Assembly: GCF_000621645.1 (NCBI RefSeq)
Contig: NZ_JHXR01000001.1
Coordinates: 240,001 to 272,000, forward strand
Length of the DNA: 32,000 nucleotides
Direction: 5' to 3'
From: Vibrio cholerae ATCC 14035
Lineage (GTDB): Bacteria > Pseudomonadota > Gammaproteobacteria > Enterobacterales > Vibrionaceae
Positions 1-8,860 of this stretch are shown here, in pieces. Within the stretch, counting starts at the first letter, position 1. Every line of letters begins with the position of its first letter. Made by a program: the position numbers and the translations under genes. The notes beneath the pieces were generated by a model. That model was not told the DNA's origin and did not search any database. It was given only the letters and a program-made list of their open reading frames with translations.

Positions 1-1
1 G

Positions 2-1192
2 ATTACTCATGAACCTGTCGGCGTGTTTGGTGCCGCGGAAGGTTTCATCTTTATGTCTGGACTACTGGCTGGTATGGTCTATAGCCGCCGTGAATACACT
101 GACCGTCAAGCGGCTGGGAAAGTGTGGCATCGTGCGTTCATTATCTACAAATACCACATTGCAGGACTCTTTATTGCTATGCTGTGGTTTTGGCTGGGCA
201 GCCACTATTTTGCTGAACAAGTCACCGTGTTTGGTGGCAGCTTTAGTAATCTGCCTACTATGCCTTTTATGACCATGTTGATGAGCTTCCTGCTGCTCAA
301 TAAACCCGCCTATCTGGAAATTTTGCCACTCTATATCATGTATATGTTGCTGTTTCCTTTGGCACTGTACGGGTTTCGTCGCGGTTATCTTAAATGGGTA
401 CTTGCGCTGAGCGTGCTGATTTGGGCAAGCAGTGGTTGGATTCAAGGCGCTATGCTTTTGCCACTCTTTAAGTGGCTTTCTGCAGAATACATTCCTGAAC
501 TCGGTTACTTTGACCCTTTTGCTTGGCAACTGCTGTTTTTCTTTGGTGGTGCATTAGGTTATTGCAAGCGTCAAGGCGAGTTGGCGTGGTTCCACCCTAA
601 ATTGGTTTGGTTATGTGCGGCGATAGCTTTGGTTATCTTTATGGCTTACCGCGATCTTTTAACGCCATTGGGTATTACTAAGCAGATGGTGTATGCGGCA
701 TCCAGTAAGCCAGAGCTTGGCTGGTTGCGTGTACTGAGTTTGAGTGTATGGATCTACTTAATCTCTGTTGTGATCCGCTTTTTCCCAACGGCATTAGTGT
801 ATGAACCGCTGAGCTATCTCGGCCGCCATTCATTACAAGTTTTTACTTGGCAAACCGTACTGATTTTTATCACTGCACCTTGGCTTCTGACCACGCGCGA
901 CTCGGTTTGGCATACAGCGATTATTCTGCTGCTCTGTACAACATTGTGGATTCCCGCTTGGCTACAGACACAGCGTAAAGAAAAGCCAATCAATTTGTCA
1001 TCTGCGGTGGTGGCTTGCCTTTCACTGGTTTTAGTGATGACGACGAATTTTACAAGCTTCCCTCAACCACCCAAAAGTGACATTGTGGCGAGCAGTGATG
1101 AGGTCGTCACCGATGCTTTACCCAGCAGTGAGATTTCTAATCATGAGCTGCTGAGTGAACCGATGAACAGTGATGAGACACCCGTGAACTGA
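2..1192 (+). CDS. OpgC-family polytopic membrane protein (acyltransferase-like), 5'-truncated by the window edge
   Basis: The frame is open from base 2 (ITHEPVGVFGAAEGFIFMSGLL...), so the GVG 'start' at 23 is an artefact of the track. Many hydrophobic segments. The FG..AEGF.F.SG motif is typical of the OpgC domain family as I recall it. Acidic, Ser-rich C-terminal tail. TGA at 1190-1192. Confidence 0.6.
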   Translation: MTHEPVGVFGAAEGFIFMSGLLAGMVYSRREYTDRQAAGKVWHRAFIIYKYHIAGLFIAMLWFWLGSHYFAEQVTVFGGSFSNLPTMPFMTMLMSFLLLNKPAYLEILPLYIMYMLLFPLALYGFRRGYLKWVLALSVLIWASSGWIQGAMLLPLFKWLSAEYIPELGYFDPFAWQLLFFFGGALGYCKRQGELAWFHPKLVWLCAAIALVIFMAYRDLLTPLGITKQMVYAASSKPELGWLRVLSLSVWIYLISVVIRFFPTALVYEPLSYLGRHSLQVFTWQTVLIFITAPWLLTTRDSVWHTAIILLLCTTLWIPAWLQTQRKEKPINLSSAVVACLSLVLVMTTNFTSFPQPPKSDIVASSDEVVTDALPSSEISNHELLSEPMNSDETPVN

Positions 1193-1504
1193 GCCAGAAT
1201 AAACTGTCCCGTGTATGTTATGCCGATGCCGTTTTTAGCTGCATCGGCTAACGCAGTTGTCGGTATACCTGCGTACTTTTTCTGACTACCTTCCTCGCCG
1301 GATAATTCTTTATATAGCCATCAAGACCTTACTGAGGTAGACCGTTTTGATGCCGAAGCTTAAGACCAGCTTTGGTAACTCACGAGGTATTTCAAATCGC
1401 GGCTACGTCTATTGGACAGCCTATCAACCGTCACATTCTCGCGTTACAGTGAGTTTTTATCATTCACGATTTTTTGAAGCCAGTACAACCTGTGAGAGCC
1501 TGAA

Positions 1505-2167
1505 ATGAGCAAGCCCCTTTATGTGTTTGATTTGGATGACACCCTGATTGATGGGGACTGCGCAATGATTTGGAATGCGTTTCTTGCTGAGAAAGGCATT
1601 GCGACGGAGCGCAATTTTGTGGAAGAAGATCGAAGACGCATGGCGCTGTACGCGCAAGGCAAGATGGATATGGCGGAATACATTGCTTTTGCGATGCAGC
1701 CATTAGCGCAAGTGCCAAGTACAACCGTGCAAGATTGGGTGGAAGAGTGCGTGTCACGCTGGATTGTTCCAAAACAATTTGCCCAAGCTCGTGAGTTGAT
1801 TGCGCAGTTAAAGCAGCAAGGTAATACCTGCTTAATTATTTCCGCTTCTGTTTCGTTTTTAGTGAAAACCGTCGCTCAACGTTTCGGAATTGAACACGCG
1901 TTAGGGATTGATCTTGTGAGCCAAAACGGTTGCTACAGCGGTAACATCGAGGGCGTTGCTAGCTACCGAGAAGGTAAAGTGCTGCGTTTACAACAATGGT
2001 TAGCGGAGCAGAATGAAACCTATCACGACGTTCATTTTTATACTGACTCCATCAATGATCTGCCGTTATGTCAGCATGCCGATTTCGCGTATGTGGTCAA
2101 TCCCTGCCCGCGCTTGAAAGCTCAGGCTGAGCAGCATGGTTGGCCCATATTATCTTGGGCGGTGTAA
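1505..2167 (+). CDS. HAD-IB (SerB-like) family hydrolase/phosphatase
   Basis: 220 aa. HAD motif I is FDLDDTL, motif II is IISAS, and motif IV is YTDSINDLPL. GAGAG Shine-Dalgarno (SD) sequence upstream of the ATG at 1505. Confidence 0.8.
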   Translation: MSKPLYVFDLDDTLIDGDCAMIWNAFLAEKGIATERNFVEEDRRRMALYAQGKMDMAEYIAFAMQPLAQVPSTTVQDWVEECVSRWIVPKQFAQARELIAQLKQQGNTCLIISASVSFLVKTVAQRFGIEHALGIDLVSQNGCYSGNIEGVASYREGKVLRLQQWLAEQNETYHDVHFYTDSINDLPLCQHADFAYVVNPCPRLKAQAEQHGWPILSWAV

Positions 2168-2171
2168 GTGT

Positions 2172-2209
2172 TTGGCCATCCATCCGTGTTACGGTGGGCG
2201 GATGGCCAA
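2172..2209. terminator. Hairpin between the convergent HAD and LysE genes (likely bidirectional terminator)
   Basis: TTGGCCATCC (2172-2181) pairs with GGATGGCCAA (2200-2209). It lies between the stop codons at 2167 (+) and 2214 (-). No clean U-tract on either side. Confidence 0.5.
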
Positions 2210-2213
2210 TTCG

Positions 2214-2834
2214 CTAACTAAAGTAGAGCCAGATACCCACCCCAGCCATTAGCGAACCTGCAATCCGATTGAGTAAACGGACATGGTGAGCTTGGCTTAA
2301 TAAGCGCTTTAACCCTTTTCCACCCGTGGCATACAAACTCATGCTGATAAATTCGGAAAGCAGAATAATGGCAACCAATACAGTCAGTTGTGGAGCAAGG
2401 CTTAACGATTGATCAATAAAAGGGGGCAGTAGGGATACCATAAACGCCCAGCCTTTAGGGTTAGCAATTGCGGTCACAAAACCTTGTACTAATAGACCCC
2501 AGTCACTGCCTTGGTACGTGTTTTCTTGCTCGATATTGATCGCCAGCTTGCCCCGTGAACGCCACATTTGCACACCTAAATACACCAAATAGCTTGCCCC
2601 CACGATTTTAAACAGAGTGAAGATATCTGGATAACGCAGCATGACCGCCGCAATGCCTACCACTGCGGAGACCGCGACCAAAGCCACACCCAGTAGTTCG
2701 CCTACCATCATCCATAGTGTTCTTCGATAGCCAACGCTCATGCCCAGAGTGAGGGCCAAGGTCATATTCATACCTGGGGTAATCGAAACAAAAAAGAAGG
2801 TGGGAATAAAGAGTCCCAAAAGTGCCGTATTCAT
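2214..2834 (-). CDS. LysE/RhtB-family amino-acid exporter
   Basis: 206 aa from the ATG at 2834 (MNTALLGLFIPTFFFVSITPGMNM...), preceded by a GGGAGAG SD. About 6 TM segments typical of the LysE family. The 290-aa track ORF is an unsupported upstream extension. Confidence 0.8.
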   Translation of the reverse strand: MNTALLGLFIPTFFFVSITPGMNMTLALTLGMSVGYRRTLWMMVGELLGVALVAVSAVVGIAAVMLRYPDIFTLFKIVGASYLVYLGVQMWRSRGKLAINIEQENTYQGSDWGLLVQGFVTAIANPKGWAFMVSLLPPFIDQSLSLAPQLTVLVAIILLSEFISMSLYATGGKGLKRLLSQAHHVRLLNRIAGSLMAGVGIWLYFS

Positions 2835-3127
2835 CCATTCTCTCCCTAGCCTGAGGATTATCGTGTTAGTTCCATTAACAACAACTCCACAATATAGGCC
2901 GATTGGGAAATGCGCAATCTTCAATTGAATGAGGCACTTTGAAGGATGCAGAATGTAACGTAATGACTTGGGTTGGTGAGCAACTATTTGAAAATAGCGG
3001 AGGGTTGGGTACGTCGTATCGGACACTGCTGTTTTGCAGATAGTCACCAAGCGGGTTTGATCGCTTGGTGACCGTGCCCTTATCACCTGAAGTGGGAACG
3101 TGCTTTCACCTCAATCACAGGGTTTGT

Positions 3128-3577
3128 CTATGCATTGTTTATAGAGACGGATTCACCTTGTAGAGTGTGAATGGCTTCGGGCACCGTAGGCGGTAGCAAG
3201 GCTTTCTCACCCGTTTTAAAGTTAAACATCACAACCGTAGCGCTACCGACGGTAGTCACTTTACCAAGTTTTTGGCTCACCACTTGGTATTCCATGCTAA
3301 AGCGATCTGCTTGAACAGAGGTAATGCGTGAACCAATCAGCAGCGTATCGGGAAAAGTGACCGGAATTTTATAACGCGCTTGTGTCTCCGATAACACAGG
3401 GCCAATTTGAGTGCGTTGTAACTCTTCCATCAGCTTAAGATGAGCGAAGTAATCAATTCGCGCGGTTTCAAAGTAGCGAAAGTAGACCACATTATTGACG
3501 TGTTGCAGCGCATCCATCTCTCCCCATGCGACCACGATTTTCGTGATCACAGGGAAATCTTTTAAAAGCGATTCCAT
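3128..3577 (-). CDS. Hotdog-fold acyl-CoA thioesterase (YbgC/4HBT family)
   Basis: 149 aa. The N-terminal VAWGEMDALQHVNNVVYFRYFETARIDYF segment is typical of 4HBT-type thioesterases. Confidence 0.75.
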   Translation of the reverse strand: MESLLKDFPVITKIVVAWGEMDALQHVNNVVYFRYFETARIDYFAHLKLMEELQRTQIGPVLSETQARYKIPVTFPDTLLIGSRITSVQADRFSMEYQVVSQKLGKVTTVGSATVVMFNFKTGEKALLPPTVPEAIHTLQGESVSINNA

Positions 3578-3666
3578 GCCTTTTTACTCGTGTTGTGATT
3601 AGAACAAATATTCTAACGGTAAATGGCAATTGTAAGCTTGAGCTTGTTAGCAAAACGTTAAATTCC

Positions 3667-4338
3667 TCAGCTGTCGAGGGTTTCGCTATCCAGAGTCGCT
3701 TGGGTTTGAGTGATACAGTGAGTCGCCAACTGCTGGTAATTTTTTTGCATGACCTGAACGAAATGTTCTGCATCACTAAAACCGGTTAACGGTTCACCGA
3801 TCACCACATCGCAATTGAAAGGTACGAACATCGCCGTACCTTTGGGTAGTGCGCGCCCTAAACCACGCATGACCACAGGTAATACCGCACGCTCCGGGTG
3901 ATTTTTGACTAAATGATAAATGCCTTTTTTCAAACCACTCATTATTTCCGGCTCACCACGACTCCCTTCTGGGAAAATAATCAGAATATCGCCTTGATCT
4001 AAAGCTTCATGGCAAGCTTGCAGTACCGCGTCACGTTCACTGCTGGAGGGGGAGCGACGGATCGGAATGATGCCAATAATATTCAGAGATAACCAAGCCA
4101 CAAAGGGATTCACCAGAAAGTAATCTGCTGCAGCGACAGGGCGCACTCGGTGAATTAAATGCAGCGGAAACAGAGCCATGAGTACGAGTGTATCTAAATG
4201 ACTATTGTGATTGGCGGCAATCACCATTGGACCTTGAGTAGGGAGATTTTGGCGCTGCAAAATATTGAGTCCTAACCCAATAAAAACTAAGGGTTTAACG
4301 ATCAATAGGAAAAACAGCACTTTCAGAATACGCGCCAT
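3667..4338 (-). CDS. PlsC-type 1-acyl-sn-glycerol-3-phosphate (lysophospholipid) acyltransferase
   Basis: 223 aa. N-terminal TM helix, HX4D motif (HNSHLD) and an FPEGSRG motif. GAGGAT SD. The start lies 7 nt after the stop of the upstream CdsA-like gene. Confidence 0.8.
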   Translation of the reverse strand: MARILKVLFFLLIVKPLVFIGLGLNILQRQNLPTQGPMVIAANHNSHLDTLVLMALFPLHLIHRVRPVAAADYFLVNPFVAWLSLNIIGIIPIRRSPSSSERDAVLQACHEALDQGDILIIFPEGSRGEPEIMSGLKKGIYHLVKNHPERAVLPVVMRGLGRALPKGTAMFVPFNCDVVIGEPLTGFSDAEHFVQVMQKNYQQLATHCITQTQATLDSETLDS

Positions 4339-4345
4339 ATGATCC

Positions 4346-5269
4346 TCAGTAATAGAGGTAGTGGAAAAACAGCGGAGCAGTAAACATCAAGCTATCGACC
4401 CTGTCCAGAATGCCCCCGTGGCCCGGAATAAACTGGCTGGTGTCTTTGATACGCAAATCGCGCTTGACTGAAGAAATCACCAAATCGCCAATAAATCCAC
4501 TCAAGGCAATGATGACTCCGCCGACCAACCCTTGCGCTGCGGTCAGTGGCGTTAAATAAGGCGCTGCAAAGTATGAAACGGTAACCACGGTCAATGTGCC
4601 GCCGATAAAGCCTTGCCAAGTTTTATTCGGGCTGACTTTCGGAACGATCTTATGTTTACCAAAACTTTTTCCCCACACGTATTGTGCAACATCATTGAAC
4701 TGAGTCATTACCAATAAAAACAGCAACATACCCAGTGAACCTGCATCTGGGTTTAAGCTTGGTAACACCAATAGGTAGGCCATATGGCTGATACAAAATA
4801 CGGTCAACATCATTGCCCAGTGAATAATGCCTGCCGAGCGAATAAAACCTTTAGTATCTCCAATCAGCACCATCACCATAGGCAGGTATAGGAATACATA
4901 GACTGGAATAAAGATAATGAACATGCCGTACCAGCCGATGGAGAGCCAGTAGTACTGAAATGGAATGGACAAATAAGCCCAGAAAATCACTCGGCGATCG
5001 GTCATTCGTGTGGGCACAATCGAGAGAAACTCTTTCAGTGCCATGAAACTGAGGAAACCTACAAAAAAGAGCGTGTAGTTGAGTGGAAGCTGCAATACGA
5101 CAAACACAATCGCAACCATCCACCACCATGAACGAATACGCAGCTTTAATTCGAGATAATCGCGTTCAGGATAGCGGCGAGACAGCCACAAATAACAGAG
5201 TGTACCTACCACTAAAATGGTCAAAATCACCAACATCAAGTGCAGTGAGTGTTGAGGAATGTTGAGCAT
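4346..5269 (-). CDS. Phosphatidate cytidylyltransferase paralog (CdsA family, YnbB-like)
   Basis: 307 aa polytopic membrane protein. C-terminal CDP-diglyceride synthase signature SSVKRDLRIKDTSQFIPGHGGILDRVDS. Starts 2 nt after the stop of the upstream gene. Confidence 0.85.
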   Translation of the reverse strand: MLNIPQHSLHLMLVILTILVVGTLCYLWLSRRYPERDYLELKLRIRSWWWMVAIVFVVLQLPLNYTLFFVGFLSFMALKEFLSIVPTRMTDRRVIFWAYLSIPFQYYWLSIGWYGMFIIFIPVYVFLYLPMVMVLIGDTKGFIRSAGIIHWAMMLTVFCISHMAYLLVLPSLNPDAGSLGMLLFLLVMTQFNDVAQYVWGKSFGKHKIVPKVSPNKTWQGFIGGTLTVVTVSYFAAPYLTPLTAAQGLVGGVIIALSGFIGDLVISSVKRDLRIKDTSQFIPGHGGILDRVDSLMFTAPLFFHYLYY

Positions 5270-5271
5270 GA

Positions 5272-5964
5272 CTAGTTACCTTGATGATCGGACGAGGATG
5301 CACGCGCCGCATGGAATTGATAAATGTGCTGTAAGCGTCGCCAAACCGTGAGTACCAGCCCAATCAGCATGACGATTAAGGTGAGATCCATGGTGTATGC
5401 GAAAAAGGTTGGGAGCTCATCGAACAGTGAAAGTGCCGCGATAAAGAGCAAACTGAGGGTAAGCAGCGCCATGCGATGCTGTTTAGCCATCGGGCCTTGA
5501 AAATCAGCTTCACCGCCTATGCTGACTCCCAATACACGAATATAGGCGGTCAGCACCGCAAGAAGCGCACAAAGCCATGCCAAGGTCATTCCCAGCGCAG
5601 AAGTCGTGACAAAACCTGCACCAAGAATCAACAAAGGGTCGGCGATCCGATCCGGTACATCATTAAACAATTCGCCAGCAGGGGTCTTCTTGCCGCCTTC
5701 TACGGCAACCATGCCATCAAACAAGTTACACAGTAAACGCGCTTGAATCGATAAGGCCGCCAGAATGAGCCAAAGCGGGGCAGGATAGTAGTGATATACG
5801 GCCAAAATGGCACAGCCAAGCAGCGCAAAGGCAATACTCATGAGTGAAATTTGGTTAGGGGTGATCTGCTTTTGGCTCAACCAAACGGCGATACGTTTGG
5901 TGAAGTTCAGATCTCTGACCGCAAGTGGGCGGCGATTTTTCTCTTCAGATTGTGTCTTGTCCAT
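5272..5964 (-). CDS. CDP-alcohol phosphatidyltransferase family protein (YnbA-like)
   Basis: 230 aa from the ATG at 5964 (MDKTQSEEKNRRP...) with an AAGAGG SD. Membrane protein with a diverged CDP-alcohol motif region, FDGMVAVEGGKKTPAGELFNDVPDRIAD. Confidence 0.75.
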   Translation of the reverse strand: MDKTQSEEKNRRPLAVRDLNFTKRIAVWLSQKQITPNQISLMSIAFALLGCAILAVYHYYPAPLWLILAALSIQARLLCNLFDGMVAVEGGKKTPAGELFNDVPDRIADPLLILGAGFVTTSALGMTLAWLCALLAVLTAYIRVLGVSIGGEADFQGPMAKQHRMALLTLSLLFIAALSLFDELPTFFAYTMDLTLIVMLIGLVLTVWRRLQHIYQFHAARASSSDHQGN

Positions 5965-6108
5965 ATAACCTCTTGTTGCCACATAGAAAGAGTGGCTAGC
6001 AATAGGCGATGTGGTACCACCAATCCGCACTGAAAAGAAGTCATACCAAGTAGGGTTACCTGTTTTTTGGCACGCGTCTCAATCTTGTTGCATTGTATTG
6101 CTAATGCA

Positions 6109-8034
6109 TTACTCATTAATTTGCGTGGATAACGAGGTATTCTCTGAGGAAAAGTAGTGATCGCAAAAAGTGGCGAACTCGGTTTTAGTGATAGGACGAG
6201 AGAAATAGTAGCCTTGAAATTCATCTACCCCCAATTGTTTGAGCTGCTCTAATTGCGCCAACTGTTCGATTCCCTCGGCCACCACCTGCATCCCCAGTTG
6301 ATGGGAGAGATTAACGATGGAAGCAATAAAAATCGCTTGTTGCTGGTTTTGATTCATATTGTCGACAAAGGATTTATCTATCTTCAATTTACTGAATTTA
6401 AGGTGGTTGAGTTGGTAGAGCGAAGACCATCCGGTTCCGAAATCATCGAGTGCAAAGCGAACTTTCATTTTTTCTAGTGACTCGATGATGGCGAGACTTT
6501 GCGGAAAATCATCAATGGTCATGGTTTCAGTTAGTTCTAATATGATCGCATTGAGGAAATTCTCATGATGGCCAAAAATCGTGGTAACGAGTGTTGGCAA
6601 GGTTTCATCAAACAGAGAGTTGGAAAGGTTGATCGAGACATCTAATCGGCGGTTGTGAGGTTTCCAATCATTTTGTAGTGCCAAATAGACCTGCTGCATG
6701 ATCCATGCCCCGAGCTTTTTACCAAGTCCATACTCTTCGGCAATCTCGATCAGATATTGCGGATTGATATAACCAAACTCACTGTGCTGCCAACGGATCA
6801 GCGCCTCACATCCTAGTCGGTCAGGATCGCGCGACAAGATAGGTTGATAGGATAAATACAAGCTCGATTGGTTTGGGTCTAACAGCAACTGCTGTAGCTG
6901 CTCAGCGAGGATACGCTTCTTGTTGTAAGCACTTTCAATGTCGCGCGTATAGTACACCACCTGACCTTCAGGTGCTTTTTTGGCGATATTGAGCGCTAAA
7001 TCCGCATTGTTTAATAAACTGCTCGCTCGTAATTTTGAGCTGCTCTCAGTGAAGTCTTGGGTTTGGCAGGTCACAACGCCCATCGCGACACTCAAACGTT
7101 TGGTCGGATCATTCTCTTGTACTAATTTGGTCAAGTCATTCCACAAGTTACGGATAAAAAAGTCGGCATTTCCGGTACAAGGATGCAGTAAAACGGCAAA
7201 TTCATCAGCACCAATCCGGGCGCATTGATAAGCAAATGAGCGACAGCGTTGGGTAAGTAATTCCGCAATGTTAATCAGCAACTGGTCGCCAAAAGCGTAA
7301 CCCATCGTATCATTCAACTCTTTGAATCGATTAAGATCGAACAGGATAAGCGCGATAGGTTCTTGTTGATTTCGGCGTCTTTTCTTTAGTTTTTTAACGA
7401 TAAAGTTACGGTTTTTTAGCCGAGTGAGTGGGTCATGCCATGCGAGAAATTGTTGATAATCTGCAGAACGATAAGTCATATAGGAAAGCAAGATTAACAT
7501 CAGCAGAATCGCTGCGAAGAAATAGAGTAACTGCTGTTTATTCTCGTTAATCATACGGATATTGCTGTTGGCACTTTCACCCGTAAAATTGACAATCGCT
7601 AAATTGCGGATTTGGGCATTGTAGGGCTCGAGGAGCTGCAGCAATTCTTGCAGTACGGGTTGATCACCTCGACTTACTGCCAGTTCATAGCGTTTGAGTT
7701 GAGTGAACACCTCTTGAATGATGGCTTGCGCATCGTGTTGTTGTCGGAGTTCTTGGGTTTCTTTACTCGTTAGAAAGAGATCGAAACGATTCCACAAAAT
7801 ATCGTAATTAAGACTCATCGCTTGATGATTTTCACGGCTGCCATTTAATAAGTAAGTCTCCAATCTATGAGTAAAATTGAGCGTCTCTACTTCCAATTGC
7901 GCCAAAGACCAAGCCGCCAGTTGGGTGTACTTGGTGAGCATATTATAAGTATTAGTAAAGCGAACCATGGCCCAGATTGACAGCAAGACCATGACGAATA
8001 CTAGCGTGAAAAATGCAAGTAGAGACTTCTTCAT
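6109..8034 (-). CDS. Membrane-bound GGDEF-EAL protein with a degenerate GADEF motif and an intact EAL domain; probable c-di-GMP phosphodiesterase or sensor
   Basis: 641 aa from the ATG at 8034 (MKKSLLAFFTLVF...). TM1, then a helical periplasmic region of about 165 aa, then TM2 (LLYFFAAILLMLILL). GGDEF domain with RIGADEF. EAL domain motifs EALIRW, ELTE, DDFGTGWSSL, KIDKSF, AEGIE and QGYYFSRP. The start could alternatively be the TTG at 8076. Confidence 0.85.
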   Translation of the reverse strand: MKKSLLAFFTLVFVMVLLSIWAMVRFTNTYNMLTKYTQLAAWSLAQLEVETLNFTHRLETYLLNGSRENHQAMSLNYDILWNRFDLFLTSKETQELRQQHDAQAIIQEVFTQLKRYELAVSRGDQPVLQELLQLLEPYNAQIRNLAIVNFTGESANSNIRMINENKQQLLYFFAAILLMLILLSYMTYRSADYQQFLAWHDPLTRLKNRNFIVKKLKKRRRNQQEPIALILFDLNRFKELNDTMGYAFGDQLLINIAELLTQRCRSFAYQCARIGADEFAVLLHPCTGNADFFIRNLWNDLTKLVQENDPTKRLSVAMGVVTCQTQDFTESSSKLRASSLLNNADLALNIAKKAPEGQVVYYTRDIESAYNKKRILAEQLQQLLLDPNQSSLYLSYQPILSRDPDRLGCEALIRWQHSEFGYINPQYLIEIAEEYGLGKKLGAWIMQQVYLALQNDWKPHNRRLDVSINLSNSLFDETLPTLVTTIFGHHENFLNAIILELTETMTIDDFPQSLAIIESLEKMKVRFALDDFGTGWSSLYQLNHLKFSKLKIDKSFVDNMNQNQQQAIFIASIVNLSHQLGMQVVAEGIEQLAQLEQLKQLGVDEFQGYYFSRPITKTEFATFCDHYFSSENTSLSTQINE

Positions 8035-8039
8035 CGTCG

Positions 8040-8510
8040 TTAAGGAGTGATGATTTCTATACTGCTGATCTGCCAAACCATACGGCTGTGCAGTATTTCA
8101 TTGTCTAACTCGCCACTACTACTGAGTGGATAGATTGACCAAATTGGTCCACGGTCACGGATCTGCATCGGTTTGCCATTATTTTGAATCGCGAAAACAG
8201 GGTTGTACTTCTCAATATCAGAATAAGGGATTTCGGCCCAATATTTGTTTAGGGCAATCACTTTAAGGTCGGCTTGTTTTACTCCCATCCAAGCTAATAA
8301 TGCCTGAGCAGAAATGCCTTTAAACTCCGTATTACCTTGTGTCCACGGTGTTTCGGTGACGATAGTTAAATCACTGCGGGCTAACAGTTCTTGATAAGTG
8401 GCCGAAACGGTTTGCCCTTGATGGGTTATCGTGAGGATCGGTTCTTGTGCAAACAATTTGCTGCTGATTAACGCCAACAGCGTCAATAACATGACCTTCA
8501 TTGTTCTCAT
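8040..8510 (-). CDS. Secreted small protein, possibly a SUOX/YedY (Oxidored_molyb)-like fold; partner of the downstream GADEF-EAL gene
   Basis: 156 aa. Signal peptide MRTMKVMLLTLLALISSKLFA/QEP. The pattern NNGKPMQIRDRGPIWSIYP...VWQISSIEI resembles the NGxPL..GxPxRxxxP..KW...I.V pattern of molybdopterin-oxidoreductase domains (recalled, not searched). There is no Cys in the protein. The stop lies 5 nt from the next ATG. Confidence 0.6.
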   Translation of the reverse strand: MRTMKVMLLTLLALISSKLFAQEPILTITHQGQTVSATYQELLARSDLTIVTETPWTQGNTEFKGISAQALLAWMGVKQADLKVIALNKYWAEIPYSDIEKYNPVFAIQNNGKPMQIRDRGPIWSIYPLSSSGELDNEILHSRMVWQISSIEIITP

Positions 8511-8671
8511 TGGTTGTCCCTTTATCGTGAGTGAGGTTTATATAGGTATAGGTAGCCCATTTCACGCGTGCAAGGTCGATCTTTAGTTTGAGACTAAAGT
8601 CGATTTCGCTCATCCCTTGGAAGAACTGGCGGCATCCCACTTTTGTCACAAAAAATTAACGTCTCAATCTC

Positions 8672-8700
8672 TTGCTGATTTTTCAAAGTTTCACCATATT
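8672..8700 (+). promoter_or_regulatory. Candidate sigma-70 promoter for the small ORF
   Basis: TTGCTG (8672-8677), a 17-nt spacer, then CATATT (8695-8700), about 40 nt upstream of the ATG at 8741. Confidence 0.4.
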
Positions 8701-8740
8701 GTCATTACCGTGTCATAAACATAAAGGTGAGGAGATCGAT

Positions 8741-8842
8741 ATGGAACACGTTGAAATGGTGCAACCTAGTGCGCTAGGTGTTGTGGGTCGTACGCTGGTG
8801 TTTTCCTTATTGGCATTAGGCTTCACCTTTATGCTGTTATAG
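8741..8842 (+). CDS. Small hydrophobic protein, 33 aa (below the ORF-track length cutoff)
   Basis: ATG at 8741 preceded by AAAGGTGAGGAGATCGAT (strong SD). Hand translation: MEHVEMVQPSALGVVGRTLVFSLLALGFTFMLL*, which has one predicted TM helix. A strong intrinsic terminator follows 20 nt after the stop. Confidence 0.5.
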   Translation: MEHVEMVQPSALGVVGRTLVFSLLALGFTFMLL

Positions 8843-8860
8843 CAACACCTAAGATTCACC

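Noticed and set aside
1350-1508. 52-codon + strand ORF in the opgC-HAD spacer, ending in an ATGA overlap with the HAD start.
   Set aside because: There is no SD at suitable spacing (GAGG lies 12 nt from the ATG). The translation is basic and unstructured, and I have no means of checking conservation. It is probably a chance ORF in a 312-nt promoter region.
2835-3086. N-terminal 84-aa extension of the LysE-family ORF in the track (290 aa).
   Set aside because: The extension is non-hydrophobic and unlike the family. An ATG with a GGGAGAG SD at 2834 gives the family-typical length of 206 aa.
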